Assembly (NCBI GenBank): GCA_018818205.1
Contig: JAHISJ010000025.1
Coordinates: forward strand, 7,343 to 71,342
Length of the DNA stretch: 64,000 bases
Source: Patescibacteria group bacterium
Lineage (GTDB): Bacteria; Patescibacteriota; JABMPQ01; JAHIRA01
Direction: 5' to 3'
This document shows positions 18,777 to 28,735 of this stretch, in pieces. The translations under genes were made by a program, and so were the position numbers. The notes under the pieces were generated by a model. The model searched no databases, was not told the DNA's origin, and saw only the letters and a list, made by a program, of their open reading frames with translations. The number at the start of each line of letters is the position of its first letter. The first letter of the stretch is position 1.

Positions 18777-20306
18777 CTAGTTCTCTCTTCTCATAAACAA
18801 CGGCTCATCTTTTTTGATTTTTGTTCCTCGCTCAAGAGTTCCCCACTTTATAAGCTCATCAAACGAAGTGTGTTCTTCATACTGAACCCCAAGAGCTGTT
18901 TGCATCTTTTCCGCAGTGTCAGGCATAAAAGGATACAACATGAATGAGATATGTCTGTTGAATTCAAGAAGCGTATACATGACATTTGCAAGTTTTTCCT
19001 GGTCCTCTTTGGCAAGCTCCCAAGGCTTTGTTTGTTCAATATAACCGTCTGCAACTTTTACTAGCATTGTGACATGTGACAATGCTTTTTCAACTTTCAA
19101 TTCATTTAAATCGTTTTTATAGTTGTTCCACAAGGCCTCTACCCCACCTGGGAGCAAAGACAAATGCTCCTCCTCAGCCATGGTTGGTGTAATGCCATTA
19201 AAATACTTCTCAGTCATGGAGAGCGTTCTATGGAGAAGATTACTGATGCCATTTGCAAGATCAGCGTTGTACTGCTCAATGAATTTATCTGCCTTAATAT
19301 CACCATCTTGGCCAAACGGAAATTGGGAAAGGAGCAAATACCGTGTTGCATCAGTACCAAAGGAATCAATGAGATCATTGGTATCAATAACATTTCCTAT
19401 GGTCTTGCTCATTTTATCTCCGTTGATGGTAAAGTATCCATGAGCGTAGATTTTCTTTGGGAGAGGCAGCCCTGCCGCAAGCAGCATCGCTGGCCAATAA
19501 ATTGCATGAAACTTGATAATATCCTTTCCGATAACATGCACATCAACTGGCCAAAACTGCTCAAATTTTTCATTATCACGCCCATACCCAAGGGCTGAAA
19601 TGTAAAATTGCAACGCTTCAACCCAAACATAAATCACCTGAGAGTCATCAAACGGGAGAGGAATCCCCCACTTAACGCTCTCACGCGATACTGAGAAGTC
19701 ATCAAGCACCTCATTGTCAAGAAGACCAAGGACTTCTTTGCGTCTAGATTCTGGTTCAACCTGTAATTCCCCACGAGCTATGAGCTCCTTTACTTTTGGT
19801 AAGTATTCTTTGAGTTTGAAAAAATAATTCTTTTCTGTGATTTTTTCTGGATACGTTTTATGATCAGGACATTTTCCTTCGACCAACTCTTTTTCAGTAA
19901 TAAATCGTTCACATCCAGTACAATACAAACCTTCATACCGATCCTCGTAAAAAGAATCTTTTTCATACAGCTCGCTCATAAATATCTTAACGGACTCTTT
20001 GTGACTATCTTCTGTGGTACGAATAAAGTCGTCATTGCTAATACTCAGCCTGTCAAAAAGCATTTGGAAATGGCCTGAATTTTCATCGCACAGCTCCTTT
20101 GGCGTCTTACCTACTTCCTCTGCTTTTTTTTCAACTTTTGAGCCATGCTCATCAGTGCCTGTCAAAAAAAGCACATTTTCCCCGAGCATCCTATGAAACC
20201 TGGCCACCACGTCTGCAGAAACGGTGGTATATGCATGTCCAAGATGTGGCCTGTCATTTACATAATAAATAGGAGTGGCGATATAGAAATTTCCTTTTTT
20301 ACTCAT
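18777..20306 (-). CDS. metG: Methionyl-tRNA synthetase
   Basis: 509 aa with HLGHAYT (HIGH), KMSKT and a CxxC...CxxH zinc knuckle. Confidence 0.93.
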   Translation of the reverse strand: MSKKGNFYIATPIYYVNDRPHLGHAYTTVSADVVARFHRMLGENVLFLTGTDEHGSKVEKKAEEVGKTPKELCDENSGHFQMLFDRLSISNDDFIRTTEDSHKESVKIFMSELYEKDSFYEDRYEGLYCTGCERFITEKELVEGKCPDHKTYPEKITEKNYFFKLKEYLPKVKELIARGELQVEPESRRKEVLGLLDNEVLDDFSVSRESVKWGIPLPFDDSQVIYVWVEALQFYISALGYGRDNEKFEQFWPVDVHVIGKDIIKFHAIYWPAMLLAAGLPLPKKIYAHGYFTINGDKMSKTIGNVIDTNDLIDSFGTDATRYLLLSQFPFGQDGDIKADKFIEQYNADLANGISNLLHRTLSMTEKYFNGITPTMAEEEHLSLLPGGVEALWNNYKNDLNELKVEKALSHVTMLVKVADGYIEQTKPWELAKEDQEKLANVMYTLLEFNRHISFMLYPFMPDTAEKMQTALGVQYEEHTSFDELIKWGTLERGTKIKKDEPLFMRREN

Positions 20307-20475
20307 GAGTTACGTTATATTAGACTGTACTATTTAACAAAATACTTGTTGAAGCTTGTCAAAAAAATAAAAAGAGTATACCATCATACTACGCGGGAAT
20401 ACATAATAATATGGAGAGGTCGAATTCTACCTTAGGAGAAAAAGTATTCCCACAAACCCTGCCTTTTTGTGGATA

Positions 20476-21165
20476 TCAGCAGGGTTTTTTATTTGAACAA
20501 GGAGAAAGCACAACTGTAATCTCACCTTTTACTTTGTCTCTCTTAGCTAGCTCCTCGCTTACATCATGCACTGTTCCTCTGAGATATTCTTCAAACTTTT
20601 TTGTCATTTCTCTCCCAATAACCACTTGTCTCGTTTCTTCACAGTAGTCAACTAACTGAGCAAGGGTCTTTAAAATACGATGGGGTGACTCATAAAAAAT
20701 AGCAGTCTTTGGCGACGCAGCTATTTCTCTAAGTATGGTTACCCGTTTTTTCTTGTGAGGAATAAAGCCATAAAACGTAAACTGATGTGACGGAAACCCT
20801 GATACTGAAAGTGCCGAAATAACTGCCGAGGGACCCGGGATTGGAACCACATCTATCCCTTCTTTAATAAGTGCACTTACAAACAATACTCCTGGATCAG
20901 AAACAAGCGGGGTTCCTGCGTCACTTACAAGCGCAACAGATTCTGCATTTTTTACTTCCTCTACAATTTTTTTGAGTCTTCCTTCTGAGGTATGAGAATG
21001 AAACGGTACCAACTTTGTCTGAATGTCATATCGACTAAAAATCTTTGCCGAATGACGAGTATCCTCAGCCAGAACAAAATCGACTATTTTTAGCGTCTCA
21101 ACTGCTCTAAAGGTAATGTCTGATAAATTTCCAATTGGTGTCGCAACAACGTAAAGCGTGGCCAT
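20476..21165 (-). CDS. rsmI: 16S rRNA (cytidine1402-2'-O)-methyltransferase RsmI
   Basis: MATLYVVATPIGNLSDITFRAVETLKIVDFVLAEDTRH is a tetrapyrrole-methylase-fold RsmI signature. The start was placed at the MATLYVV Met. The longer listed ORF is read-through into the upstream gene region. Confidence 0.82.
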   Translation of the reverse strand: MATLYVVATPIGNLSDITFRAVETLKIVDFVLAEDTRHSAKIFSRYDIQTKLVPFHSHTSEGRLKKIVEEVKNAESVALVSDAGTPLVSDPGVLFVSALIKEGIDVVPIPGPSAVISALSVSGFPSHQFTFYGFIPHKKKRVTILREIAASPKTAIFYESPHRILKTLAQLVDYCEETRQVVIGREMTKKFEEYLRGTVHDVSEELAKRDKVKGEITVVLSPCSNKKPC

Positions 21166-21169
21166 AGTA

Positions 21170-22267
21170 TTACTTTTTTTCCTCTTTTTGCTTTTCCTTT
21201 TGCTTTTTCTTTGTCTCTTGTTCAATAGCTTTTTCACGTTCTTTTCTCTCTTCAAAAACGTCTCCCAAAAAGACACCAATAGCCGTTGCAACAGGAACAG
21301 CAACAATTGCGCCGGCAATCCCGGCAATCTTAACTCCTGCAAGAATAACTAAAATAACGATAAGAGGATTTAACCCTACTGCTCGTTTCATTACATTTGG
21401 CACCAGTAGGTGGTTTTCTACCTGCTGAATAACAATGTAGGCAATAAGCACAATCAGTGCCATGATGGGTGACTGAGTAAGCGCAAGCAAAATTGCAGGG
21501 ATAGCTGCAATAACTGGTCCAATGTACGGCACAATCTCTAATATTCCAGCAATAATTGCTAAAATAAGTGCATATTTGACGCCCAAAAGTGAAAGAACTA
21601 TATACGTTAAAATTCCAACCGTTAACCCAAGCAGCAATTGACCTCTAAGCCACCGTCCCATCTGCGTTTGGATTCTGTCAGTCAAATCCCGTGCATAGGC
21701 TCTGTGCTTCCCCGGTACAACAGACTGAATCATCTTTTTAAATGCACCCTCCTGGATCAAAAAGTAAAACGAGATAACAAAAACCACAATTCCAGAAACT
21801 ACACCACCAAAAATGGCAGAAAGTGCTTCATAGACTGATACTATCGCTTCATCTAGCTTTTCAGTGAAGGACGAGATATACTTTGACGCTTGCTCTAATC
21901 CTTGAGCAACAGTAAGACCACTCGTTCCTTCAAAAAATACACCAAGATCATTTAAGTATCCAGGTAACACTGTTCCAAGCTGTTGGATTTGAGTCACCAG
22001 TGATGGAACCACTAAGCCAAAAAAGCCAAACAAAAGTCCAATAAGAATAATATATACAATCACCACACTCACTCCACGAGGAACTTTTTTCTTTTGAAAA
22101 AAATCAACAACCGGGTCAAGTGCGGAAGCAATGACAATTCCAAGAAACATCATAAGCAAGACATCTCTCACCAAATACAAAAGGAGGCCTATTACCACTA
22201 AAAGCAAGACTTTAAAAAAAGTTGAATACGAGATGTCAAAACTTATCTTTCTTGTAGCACCATTCAT
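21170..22267 (-). CDS. AI-2E family transporter (PerM/YdiK-like membrane protein)
   Basis: 365 aa with about 8 TM helices and a lysine-rich C-terminal tail. Matches the UPF0118/AI-2E architecture. Confidence 0.7.
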   Translation of the reverse strand: MNGATRKISFDISYSTFFKVLLLVVIGLLLYLVRDVLLMMFLGIVIASALDPVVDFFQKKKVPRGVSVVIVYIILIGLLFGFFGLVVPSLVTQIQQLGTVLPGYLNDLGVFFEGTSGLTVAQGLEQASKYISSFTEKLDEAIVSVYEALSAIFGGVVSGIVVFVISFYFLIQEGAFKKMIQSVVPGKHRAYARDLTDRIQTQMGRWLRGQLLLGLTVGILTYIVLSLLGVKYALILAIIAGILEIVPYIGPVIAAIPAILLALTQSPIMALIVLIAYIVIQQVENHLLVPNVMKRAVGLNPLIVILVILAGVKIAGIAGAIVAVPVATAIGVFLGDVFEERKEREKAIEQETKKKQKEKQKEEKK

Positions 22268-22279
22268 ATGACTAATAGA

Positions 22280-23551
22280 TTACTTAAGAGTAAGCATTTT
22301 TACAAAACGCGCTCTATCTTTAAACGGTCCAATGAGCGTAAGGTTTAACGATTTCTCCTGAATATACGTGTCCATAAATGACTGTACCATACTAAGTGTT
22401 ACCGCATCTATCCGTGCATACTGCTTTTCCAGCTCCTCTATTTTATTTTGCAGAACATACCTTTCTGCCATGTATATTGCCGTTGACTGTGATGTCTCAA
22501 GAGATAAAGCAAGCTTACCCTTAATAAACTCTTTTACCTTGCCAAGCTCTTTCTTTGTAAGCCCCTCTTTTTTTACACGGACAATTTCTGCAAGCGTTGC
22601 CTTAACTGCCTCATCAACTTTTGTGTTATCTATTCCCGCCTGCACAACGAGATAGCCACTATCAAGATATGATTGCTGACTCGCTCTAATATAATAGCAC
22701 AGTCCCCTTTTTTCTCTAATCTCTGTAAAAAGTCTTGAGCTCATCCCACCGCCAAGCGCAACTGCAAACACCTTCGCCGTGTAGTATTCCTTAGTATTAA
22801 GCGGTACTGTTCTAAATCCTAAGCAGAGGTGCGTTTGATCTGTTTTTTTGGTAAGCAGTGATACCTTAGGCTTTGCCTGCTTTTCTTGAACCTTTTTTCT
22901 AGTACCTTTTGTCCCTTTTTTAAGCTCCGCAAAGTAGTTTTCTGAAAGCTTTTTAACCGATTTAATATCTTTGTTACCAACAAAAACAAGGACACCATTT
23001 TTTGCTGCATAGTAGGATCTCACATACTTTACTAAATCTTCTCTGGTAAGTCCCATCACTGATTTTTTTGAGCCAATCACTAGTCTTCCGGAAGGAGTAT
23101 CGCCATAGAGAAGCTCTTCAAACTTCTCTCCAACGTACTGCATAGGCATGTCTTGATACATGTTCATTTCCTCAATAACTACGTTCTTTTCCTTCTCAAT
23201 CTCTTCTTTGGGAAAAAGCGGATGGAGCATTAGATCAGAGACAAAATCAAATGCCTTATCTACATGTTTTTTTGCAACCTCGGCATAATAGCCAGTATAT
23301 TCTTTACTTGTGAATGCATTAAACGACCCACCGATTTCCTCAATAAATTCAGAAATCTCAAGTGAGTTTTTTCTTCTGGTGGTGCCTTTAAAAAAGAGGT
23401 GCTCCAAAAAGTGAGAAATACCTGCTTTCTGTTTTGTCTCAAACGCTGACCCAACACCAACTAAAAAGAGAACCACTGCAACTTCGCTATCCTTTTTTTT
23501 GATGTTTATGAGTTTAAGTCCATTCTTAAGTATTGTTTGCTGAATATTCAT
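22280..23551 (-). CDS. M16 family zinc peptidase (insulinase-like)
   Basis: 423 aa with the inverted zinc motif HFLEHLFFKGT (HxxEH). Confidence 0.82.
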   Translation of the reverse strand: MNIQQTILKNGLKLINIKKKDSEVAVVLFLVGVGSAFETKQKAGISHFLEHLFFKGTTRRKNSLEISEFIEEIGGSFNAFTSKEYTGYYAEVAKKHVDKAFDFVSDLMLHPLFPKEEIEKEKNVVIEEMNMYQDMPMQYVGEKFEELLYGDTPSGRLVIGSKKSVMGLTREDLVKYVRSYYAAKNGVLVFVGNKDIKSVKKLSENYFAELKKGTKGTRKKVQEKQAKPKVSLLTKKTDQTHLCLGFRTVPLNTKEYYTAKVFAVALGGGMSSRLFTEIREKRGLCYYIRASQQSYLDSGYLVVQAGIDNTKVDEAVKATLAEIVRVKKEGLTKKELGKVKEFIKGKLALSLETSQSTAIYMAERYVLQNKIEELEKQYARIDAVTLSMVQSFMDTYIQEKSLNLTLIGPFKDRARFVKMLTLK

Positions 23552-23588
23552 TTCTTGTCTTTAAATTACCCTTAAATCACTCCTATTA

Positions 23589-24263
23589 TTACATACTCAA
23601 AGCTCTAGCACCATCCTTTGTAAGCAACACCATATCTTCTTTTCTATAGCCAAATTGACCTTTTAAATAGACTCCCGGTTCAACCGTCACAATATCACCA
23701 ATTTTCAGAGGAATATGAGAGAGAACTTTTCTGTTTTGAACTAGGTGGGGTCTCTCATGAATACGAGGACCAATACCATGGCCAGTGCCATGAATAAAGT
23801 ACTTACCAAAGCCTTTTGATGTAAGGTAATCCCGTGCAGCCTTGTCTGGTATATACGATTCAACTCCTGGAGCGATTTTCTCAATTGCTCTTCTTTGAGC
23901 CTCTTTGACTGCTTTTTCTATTTGAACAAATTTATTGTTCTTACTTCCAAAAATAAATGTTCTTGTTAAATCAGTGAGTAAACTATTTTTCTTGAGCCCT
24001 AAATCGATTTTTACTACGTCGCCTTTTTTGAGTTTTGTGTCATTCATTTTGTGATGTGGTGTTGCGCTGTTTTTGCCAAATGCAACGATTGGTTTAAACG
24101 AAAATGTAAGACGATCTCCTTTGTTTTCCAGCCACAATTTTTTAACATTCTTTAGAAGCTCTTTTTCTGTCATTCCTTCCTTAAATTGAAGCGGAAACGA
24201 ATGTATGATTCGCTTTGTTTTGTCTATTAATTCCTGCAGTTTTTTTGAATACGTCATTATCAT
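23589..24263 (-). CDS. M24 family metallopeptidase (creatinase/prolidase fold, catalytic domain only)
   Basis: 224 aa with HGTGHGIG and conserved Asp/Glu metal ligands. It lacks the N-terminal domain of full-length aminopeptidase P. Confidence 0.75.
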   Translation of the reverse strand: MIMTYSKKLQELIDKTKRIIHSFPLQFKEGMTEKELLKNVKKLWLENKGDRLTFSFKPIVAFGKNSATPHHKMNDTKLKKGDVVKIDLGLKKNSLLTDLTRTFIFGSKNNKFVQIEKAVKEAQRRAIEKIAPGVESYIPDKAARDYLTSKGFGKYFIHGTGHGIGPRIHERPHLVQNRKVLSHIPLKIGDIVTVEPGVYLKGQFGYRKEDMVLLTKDGARALSM

Positions 24264-24332
24264 TATTTAACCACAAAAAAACCGAAAGCTCAAAGGCGTT
24301 CGGTTAACTATACTAATATTATTCAACTACAG

Positions 24333-24986
24333 CTAAAACCATAATTGTGAGGCATGATCCGGCTTTGAAACAACTAAACCCGCTTCATTAATTGTGAGCG
24401 CATTTAACGACAGTAAAGTAACGTTCACATCTGGTTTTCTAAATTCTTGCGCACATTCATGAAGCATGACAAATCGTTCGTGTTCGGGTGGAGTCATACT
24501 TGATGACTGTACAAATGCAATATGTCGAACGCTTTTCATCTTAAGTGCTCTAAAAAGCTCTCTTCCTGTCCCAGCACCAACATTTCCAAAACCCAGCAAC
24601 AAAAGATGATCGCAGCCTTTAAGTGTCTGATGGTCTCTTCTTCCAAAGTCTCCTTCCTCTGCACCACCAATAAATTCCATATGAATACGTAAATCGTCAA
24701 TCGGCCAGTTTGATCCTGCGGCAATATGCATATCTCGATTCCGCCACGGTGAAAATCCATAAACCTCAACGCCACCGTTCATACTTGAACACTCATTCAT
24801 AAACGTTTGTGCAAGCATAAGTGGAGCACCTCCGCCACCGCCTGTATTTAATGCACGGATCTCTGTTTGATATAAAAATTTAGCTAAGAGACTAAACTCC
24901 TCTTTGGCTGCATCAATAATATGCTTACTCAATGATCCTGCGCCAATAATTGCTGCTCTTTGAACAGTTGTTCGTTCCTTTAACAT
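24333..24986 (-). CDS. Rossmann-fold nucleotide-binding protein, LOG/DprA-like (TIGR00725-like)
   Basis: AAGGAG is 7 nt upstream of ATG 24986. Features are IIGAGSLSK, a poly-Gly loop (TGGGGGAPLM) and a LOG-like GFGNVGAGTGRELFRAL segment. Confidence 0.45.
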   Translation of the reverse strand: MLKERTTVQRAAIIGAGSLSKHIIDAAKEEFSLLAKFLYQTEIRALNTGGGGGAPLMLAQTFMNECSSMNGGVEVYGFSPWRNRDMHIAAGSNWPIDDLRIHMEFIGGAEEGDFGRRDHQTLKGCDHLLLLGFGNVGAGTGRELFRALKMKSVRHIAFVQSSSMTPPEHERFVMLHECAQEFRKPDVNVTLLSLNALTINEAGLVVSKPDHASQLWF

Positions 24987-25079
24987 AGTAACTCCTTTTT
25001 TCAACATCCCCCAAAACAAAAAAAGAACGCACGTAAACATACCTTGAACATGCGTCCTCGTCAATACCAAAAAGAATTT

Positions 25080-26480
25080 TTAGGCCAATTTCTCTTTCAG
25101 AACTGTTTTTAACTCATTCATATTCACTCGCTCTTGCGTCATGGTATCTCTATCTCTCACCGTTACTGCATTATCCTCTAGTGATTCAAAGTCAACCGTA
25201 ATACAATACGGCGTTCCAATCTCATCTTGCCTTCTATACCGCTTACCAATACTTTGTGTCTCATCATATTCAGTGGAAAAATCACTGCTCAGTCCTTTAA
25301 ACAACTCTTTTGCTACTGAGCTTAATTCTTCCTTCTTTGAAAGTGGCAAAACTGCAACCTGGTACGGTGCTAAGTGTTTTGGAAGTTTGAGCACTACCCG
25401 CTTCTCAGTGCCACCCTTTGCGCTTGGCGCATCTTCCTCTGTATATGCTGAAAGCAACGTTGCTAGAAACGTTCTCCCAACTCCAAACGTTGGTTCAATA
25501 ACGTGTGGAATAAATTTCTCACCTTCTTGTTGATTGAAGTACTGCAGATCAACACCAGATTTTTCTATATGGTTTTTTAAGTCAAAGTCAGTACGATATG
25601 CAAGTCCGTAGAGTTCTTTAAACCCGCCAAATGGAAAGTCGTATTCAAAGTCGATTGTTTTTTTGGAATAGTGTGAGAGCTCATCTTTGTCATGCTCTCT
25701 GATTTTATACTCTTCCTTCAAGATACCAAGACTTTGCACCCACTCATCCATTTCCTTTTGCCAGTAGTCAAACCACTTCTCCCACTCGCCTTCTTTTACA
25801 AAATATTCAATCTCCATTTGCTCAAACTCGAGCGTTCTAAAAATGAAGTTTCCTGGAGTAATCTCGTTTCTAAACGCCTTTCCAATTTGTGCCATACCAA
25901 AGGGAAGCTTTGGTCGCATGGTATCAAGAATATTTTTGAAGTTCACAAACATTCCTTGCGCCGTTTCACCTCTAAGATACGCAACACTCTTTGAATCTTC
26001 CGCGGGTCCAATAAACGTTTTGAAAAGCAAATTAAACGTCCGTGCAGAACCGAACTCCTGTGCCTTACAGTTTACGCAAGCAAGATCTGCAGCCTGAATA
26101 ATCGCGTCTAATTCTTTTAGTGATTTCCCCTCGATACTTTCACCAAGTTGCTCCTCTACCAGATGATCCGCTCTAAATCGCTTATGACATTTTTTACACT
26201 CTACAAGTGGATCATGAAACGCATCCACATGACCTGACGCCTCCCATATCTTTGGATTCATGATAATCCCTGAATCAATGCCATACATATCTTCCCGGGA
26301 CGTTACAAATCGCTTCCACCACGCTTGTTTTATATTGTTTAAAAGCTCTACTCCCAAAGGCCCGTAATCCCACGTATTTGCAAGACCGCCGTATATGTCT
26401 GAACCGGGAAACACAAAGCCACGCTGTTTACAGAGATTAACTATAGTATCCATCAGGTCCGTCTCATTTGTTTGGGACAT
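25080..26480 (-). CDS. glyQS: Glycyl-tRNA synthetase (alpha2 homodimeric type)
   Basis: 466 aa with a class II GlyRS N-terminus (CKQRGFVFPGSDIYGGLANTWDYGPLG) and an anticodon-binding C-terminal domain. Confidence 0.92.
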   Translation of the reverse strand: MSQTNETDLMDTIVNLCKQRGFVFPGSDIYGGLANTWDYGPLGVELLNNIKQAWWKRFVTSREDMYGIDSGIIMNPKIWEASGHVDAFHDPLVECKKCHKRFRADHLVEEQLGESIEGKSLKELDAIIQAADLACVNCKAQEFGSARTFNLLFKTFIGPAEDSKSVAYLRGETAQGMFVNFKNILDTMRPKLPFGMAQIGKAFRNEITPGNFIFRTLEFEQMEIEYFVKEGEWEKWFDYWQKEMDEWVQSLGILKEEYKIREHDKDELSHYSKKTIDFEYDFPFGGFKELYGLAYRTDFDLKNHIEKSGVDLQYFNQQEGEKFIPHVIEPTFGVGRTFLATLLSAYTEEDAPSAKGGTEKRVVLKLPKHLAPYQVAVLPLSKKEELSSVAKELFKGLSSDFSTEYDETQSIGKRYRRQDEIGTPYCITVDFESLEDNAVTVRDRDTMTQERVNMNELKTVLKEKLA

Positions 26481-26564
26481 ACGTCTTTTGATTACTTTTC
26501 TTATGTAGATAGTATACTGAGATTACACTACTTTCGCAAATACTATCTACATTTAATTCTTAAA

Positions 26565-26596
26565 CTAAAAAAAGACTCCCGTACGAAGAGAGTCTT
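26565..26596 (-). terminator. Rho-independent terminator after the beta-propeller gene
   Basis: AAGACTC/GAGTCTT 7-bp stem, followed on the minus strand by T7. Confidence 0.55.
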
Positions 26597-26607
26597 TCTT
26601 TTCTTGC

Positions 26608-28677
26608 TTATTTTTTTGCCGGAAACGGTTCTTTTGAATACTTCTTAAAATCGTCCGTTTGGCTAAATAAATACCGAGGCATCCACGGATGCACCACTTT
26701 GCCACCAAAGTAAATGGTTCTTGCGACTTCATCTACGCTGTATCCACCATAAATATACGCATTAACGAGTTTGGACCAATTATACGCATTTACTTTTGCT
26801 GCTTTAAGATCATATCCTGCCTCGAGTTTGTTTCTTAAATCAAGTGCAATTTCTTTCTCTTTGTCATTTGGGATTCTAAGCTGTGCATAATAAGAACGAG
26901 CATTTTTATCTATTCGTTTCTTCTCATCTGGCAGTGTTTTAAAGATATTCTTTTTGTACGTCTCAGATTCTCTATATACATACCAGTTGGTACTTGTATC
27001 TATTACACCTGAATAAAAATGCTTCCTGATCATTGCATCAATGGGGTAATCACAGTAGACATAATAATCGACATATTCACCCCAATTTTTGCCATCAATC
27101 CCCAAAAGATCCATCTTTTTATCTTTGGCAACACCTTCAAATTCGCGGCGCAAAGAGAAAGCTTTTTCCTCCAATTTTTGCTGTGAAACTTTATCGCGTC
27201 CACAGTTATACCGCCCTTTGCCATCTGACGCAATCCCCTTGTTTTCAAGGTACTGATTATTTGTTTTAAACGACCACCTAGACTCGGTATTGTTTCCTGC
27301 ATTATCACTGAGTGATAAAGCGACCTCAATATCTTTATTGGGAGTATATACTCCATCATTTTTATTAATGGTAACTGACGTGCTCCAATACGATGATGTA
27401 TCAATTGTACCCGTAAATCCTTCAACAAATGATCCACCTGAAATTGCTTGCATGCCATCAACAGTGACATTGAGACTTCCATGATTTACTCCAGACACTC
27501 CGTCTGATGCAGCAAAGGAAACACTGGTATCTTGCGGTACTTCCACTGATCCATTTGAGGGAAACTGATTTGTAGCTGCAGGCCCCGCAGTGTCAATGAC
27601 TGTTCCAGCCCACATTTCTGTTCCTGAACCATTGTTTGCCATACCAACGTATAACGTATTATTACTATCTGTCAGAACAGTGGGTTTTACATTCCCCGCA
27701 TCACCAAAACCATCGCTCGTAACTGCACTCATATTTGTTCCATCATATTCCCAGACCTTTGCCCCGGTAACTGCGTTAGAAAGCCCAAAGTACAGGCGGT
27801 CATACAGCGTCGTTATTGACCGTACAGAAATATTTTGTTCATCTCCAAAACCATCACTCCCCACTTGTTCAAATGTGCTTCCATCGTATTTTATAAGTTC
27901 ACCACCGGTTATTATATTGTCTGTTCCTATATATAGATTACCCCGGTACTCGTGCATAGGAAGAATACTCTCATTATTTACATCACCAAAACCTCCACTT
28001 GCCCGCTGTGTCCAGTTTGTACCACCATTATAAGACCACAGCTCTGCGCCAGTGGCTATGTTGAACGTTCCAGCGTACAAAGAGTCATTATATGAAGTCA
28101 AACTAAATGATGCCATGTTCGCGCCACCAAATCCGTCAGAGTTTACCTGGGTCCAGGTAGAGCCATCAAATGACCATACTTCGGCTCCAGTAACAGAGTT
28201 AAATGTCCCAACAAACATTTTGTCATTAAGCACTTCTGTCCCAACGGCGAACCAATTATTTGGATCACCAAAACCATCGCTTACAACCTCGCTCCATGTG
28301 CTCCCATCATATCGAAACACTTTCAAAATGGGTGTCGAGTTGTATACAAAAGCATACAAATGACCGTTGTATACCTGCATAGCATAAATCGCTCCATTTT
28401 GAGCAGAACCAAATCCATCAGTATTTACTTGTGCCCAACCCGCAGCTTCACGTTTAAATACTTCAGCTCCGGTAACGCTATTTAGCGTCGCTGCATACAT
28501 TGACCCGTTGTAAAGTTCATATGCATACGTATCACTATTGTTTGGATCGCCATACCCATTTGCATTTATTTGTGCCCAATTAAATGGTTGTGCTGCTTCA
28601 GCATGTAAGCCAAAAGATAACGCCACTATGCTACCTATGCAGCACATGATTAATATCACTTTTCTTTTTGTCTTCAT
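26608..28677 (-). CDS. Secreted beta-propeller repeat protein (seven ~45-aa SDGFGD-N repeats) with unknown C-terminal domain
   Basis: Signal peptide (MKTKRKVILIMCCIGSIVALSFGLHAEA). The motif ...TGAE(V/L)W.(Y/F)DGS.W..V.SDGFGD..N recurs 7 times. A C-terminal region of about 250 aa is rich in Tyr and Trp. Confidence 0.6.
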   Translation of the reverse strand: MKTKRKVILIMCCIGSIVALSFGLHAEAAQPFNWAQINANGYGDPNNSDTYAYELYNGSMYAATLNSVTGAEVFKREAAGWAQVNTDGFGSAQNGAIYAMQVYNGHLYAFVYNSTPILKVFRYDGSTWSEVVSDGFGDPNNWFAVGTEVLNDKMFVGTFNSVTGAEVWSFDGSTWTQVNSDGFGGANMASFSLTSYNDSLYAGTFNIATGAELWSYNGGTNWTQRASGGFGDVNNESILPMHEYRGNLYIGTDNIITGGELIKYDGSTFEQVGSDGFGDEQNISVRSITTLYDRLYFGLSNAVTGAKVWEYDGTNMSAVTSDGFGDAGNVKPTVLTDSNNTLYVGMANNGSGTEMWAGTVIDTAGPAATNQFPSNGSVEVPQDTSVSFAASDGVSGVNHGSLNVTVDGMQAISGGSFVEGFTGTIDTSSYWSTSVTINKNDGVYTPNKDIEVALSLSDNAGNNTESRWSFKTNNQYLENKGIASDGKGRYNCGRDKVSQQKLEEKAFSLRREFEGVAKDKKMDLLGIDGKNWGEYVDYYVYCDYPIDAMIRKHFYSGVIDTSTNWYVYRESETYKKNIFKTLPDEKKRIDKNARSYYAQLRIPNDKEKEIALDLRNKLEAGYDLKAAKVNAYNWSKLVNAYIYGGYSVDEVARTIYFGGKVVHPWMPRYLFSQTDDFKKYSKEPFPAKK

Positions 28678-28735
28678 TTTTTTTATTCCTTAGTCTTTTT
28701 GTTATTCTAGCAGTTTTTTATACTAATGTGAGCCT

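Noticed and set aside
20456-20492. Plus-oriented hairpin CCCTGC...GCAGGG followed by T6 with no plus-strand gene upstream
   Set aside because: It overlaps the rsmI stop codon. It most likely acts as the rsmI (minus) terminator, or as a bidirectional one. There is insufficient evidence for an independent sRNA.
20476-21342. Long K/R-rich N-terminal extension on the rsmI ORF (288 aa version)
   Set aside because: The extension overlaps the 3' end of the upstream transporter gene in another frame. RsmI homology starts at MATLYVV (ATG 21165), so the shorter form was annotated.
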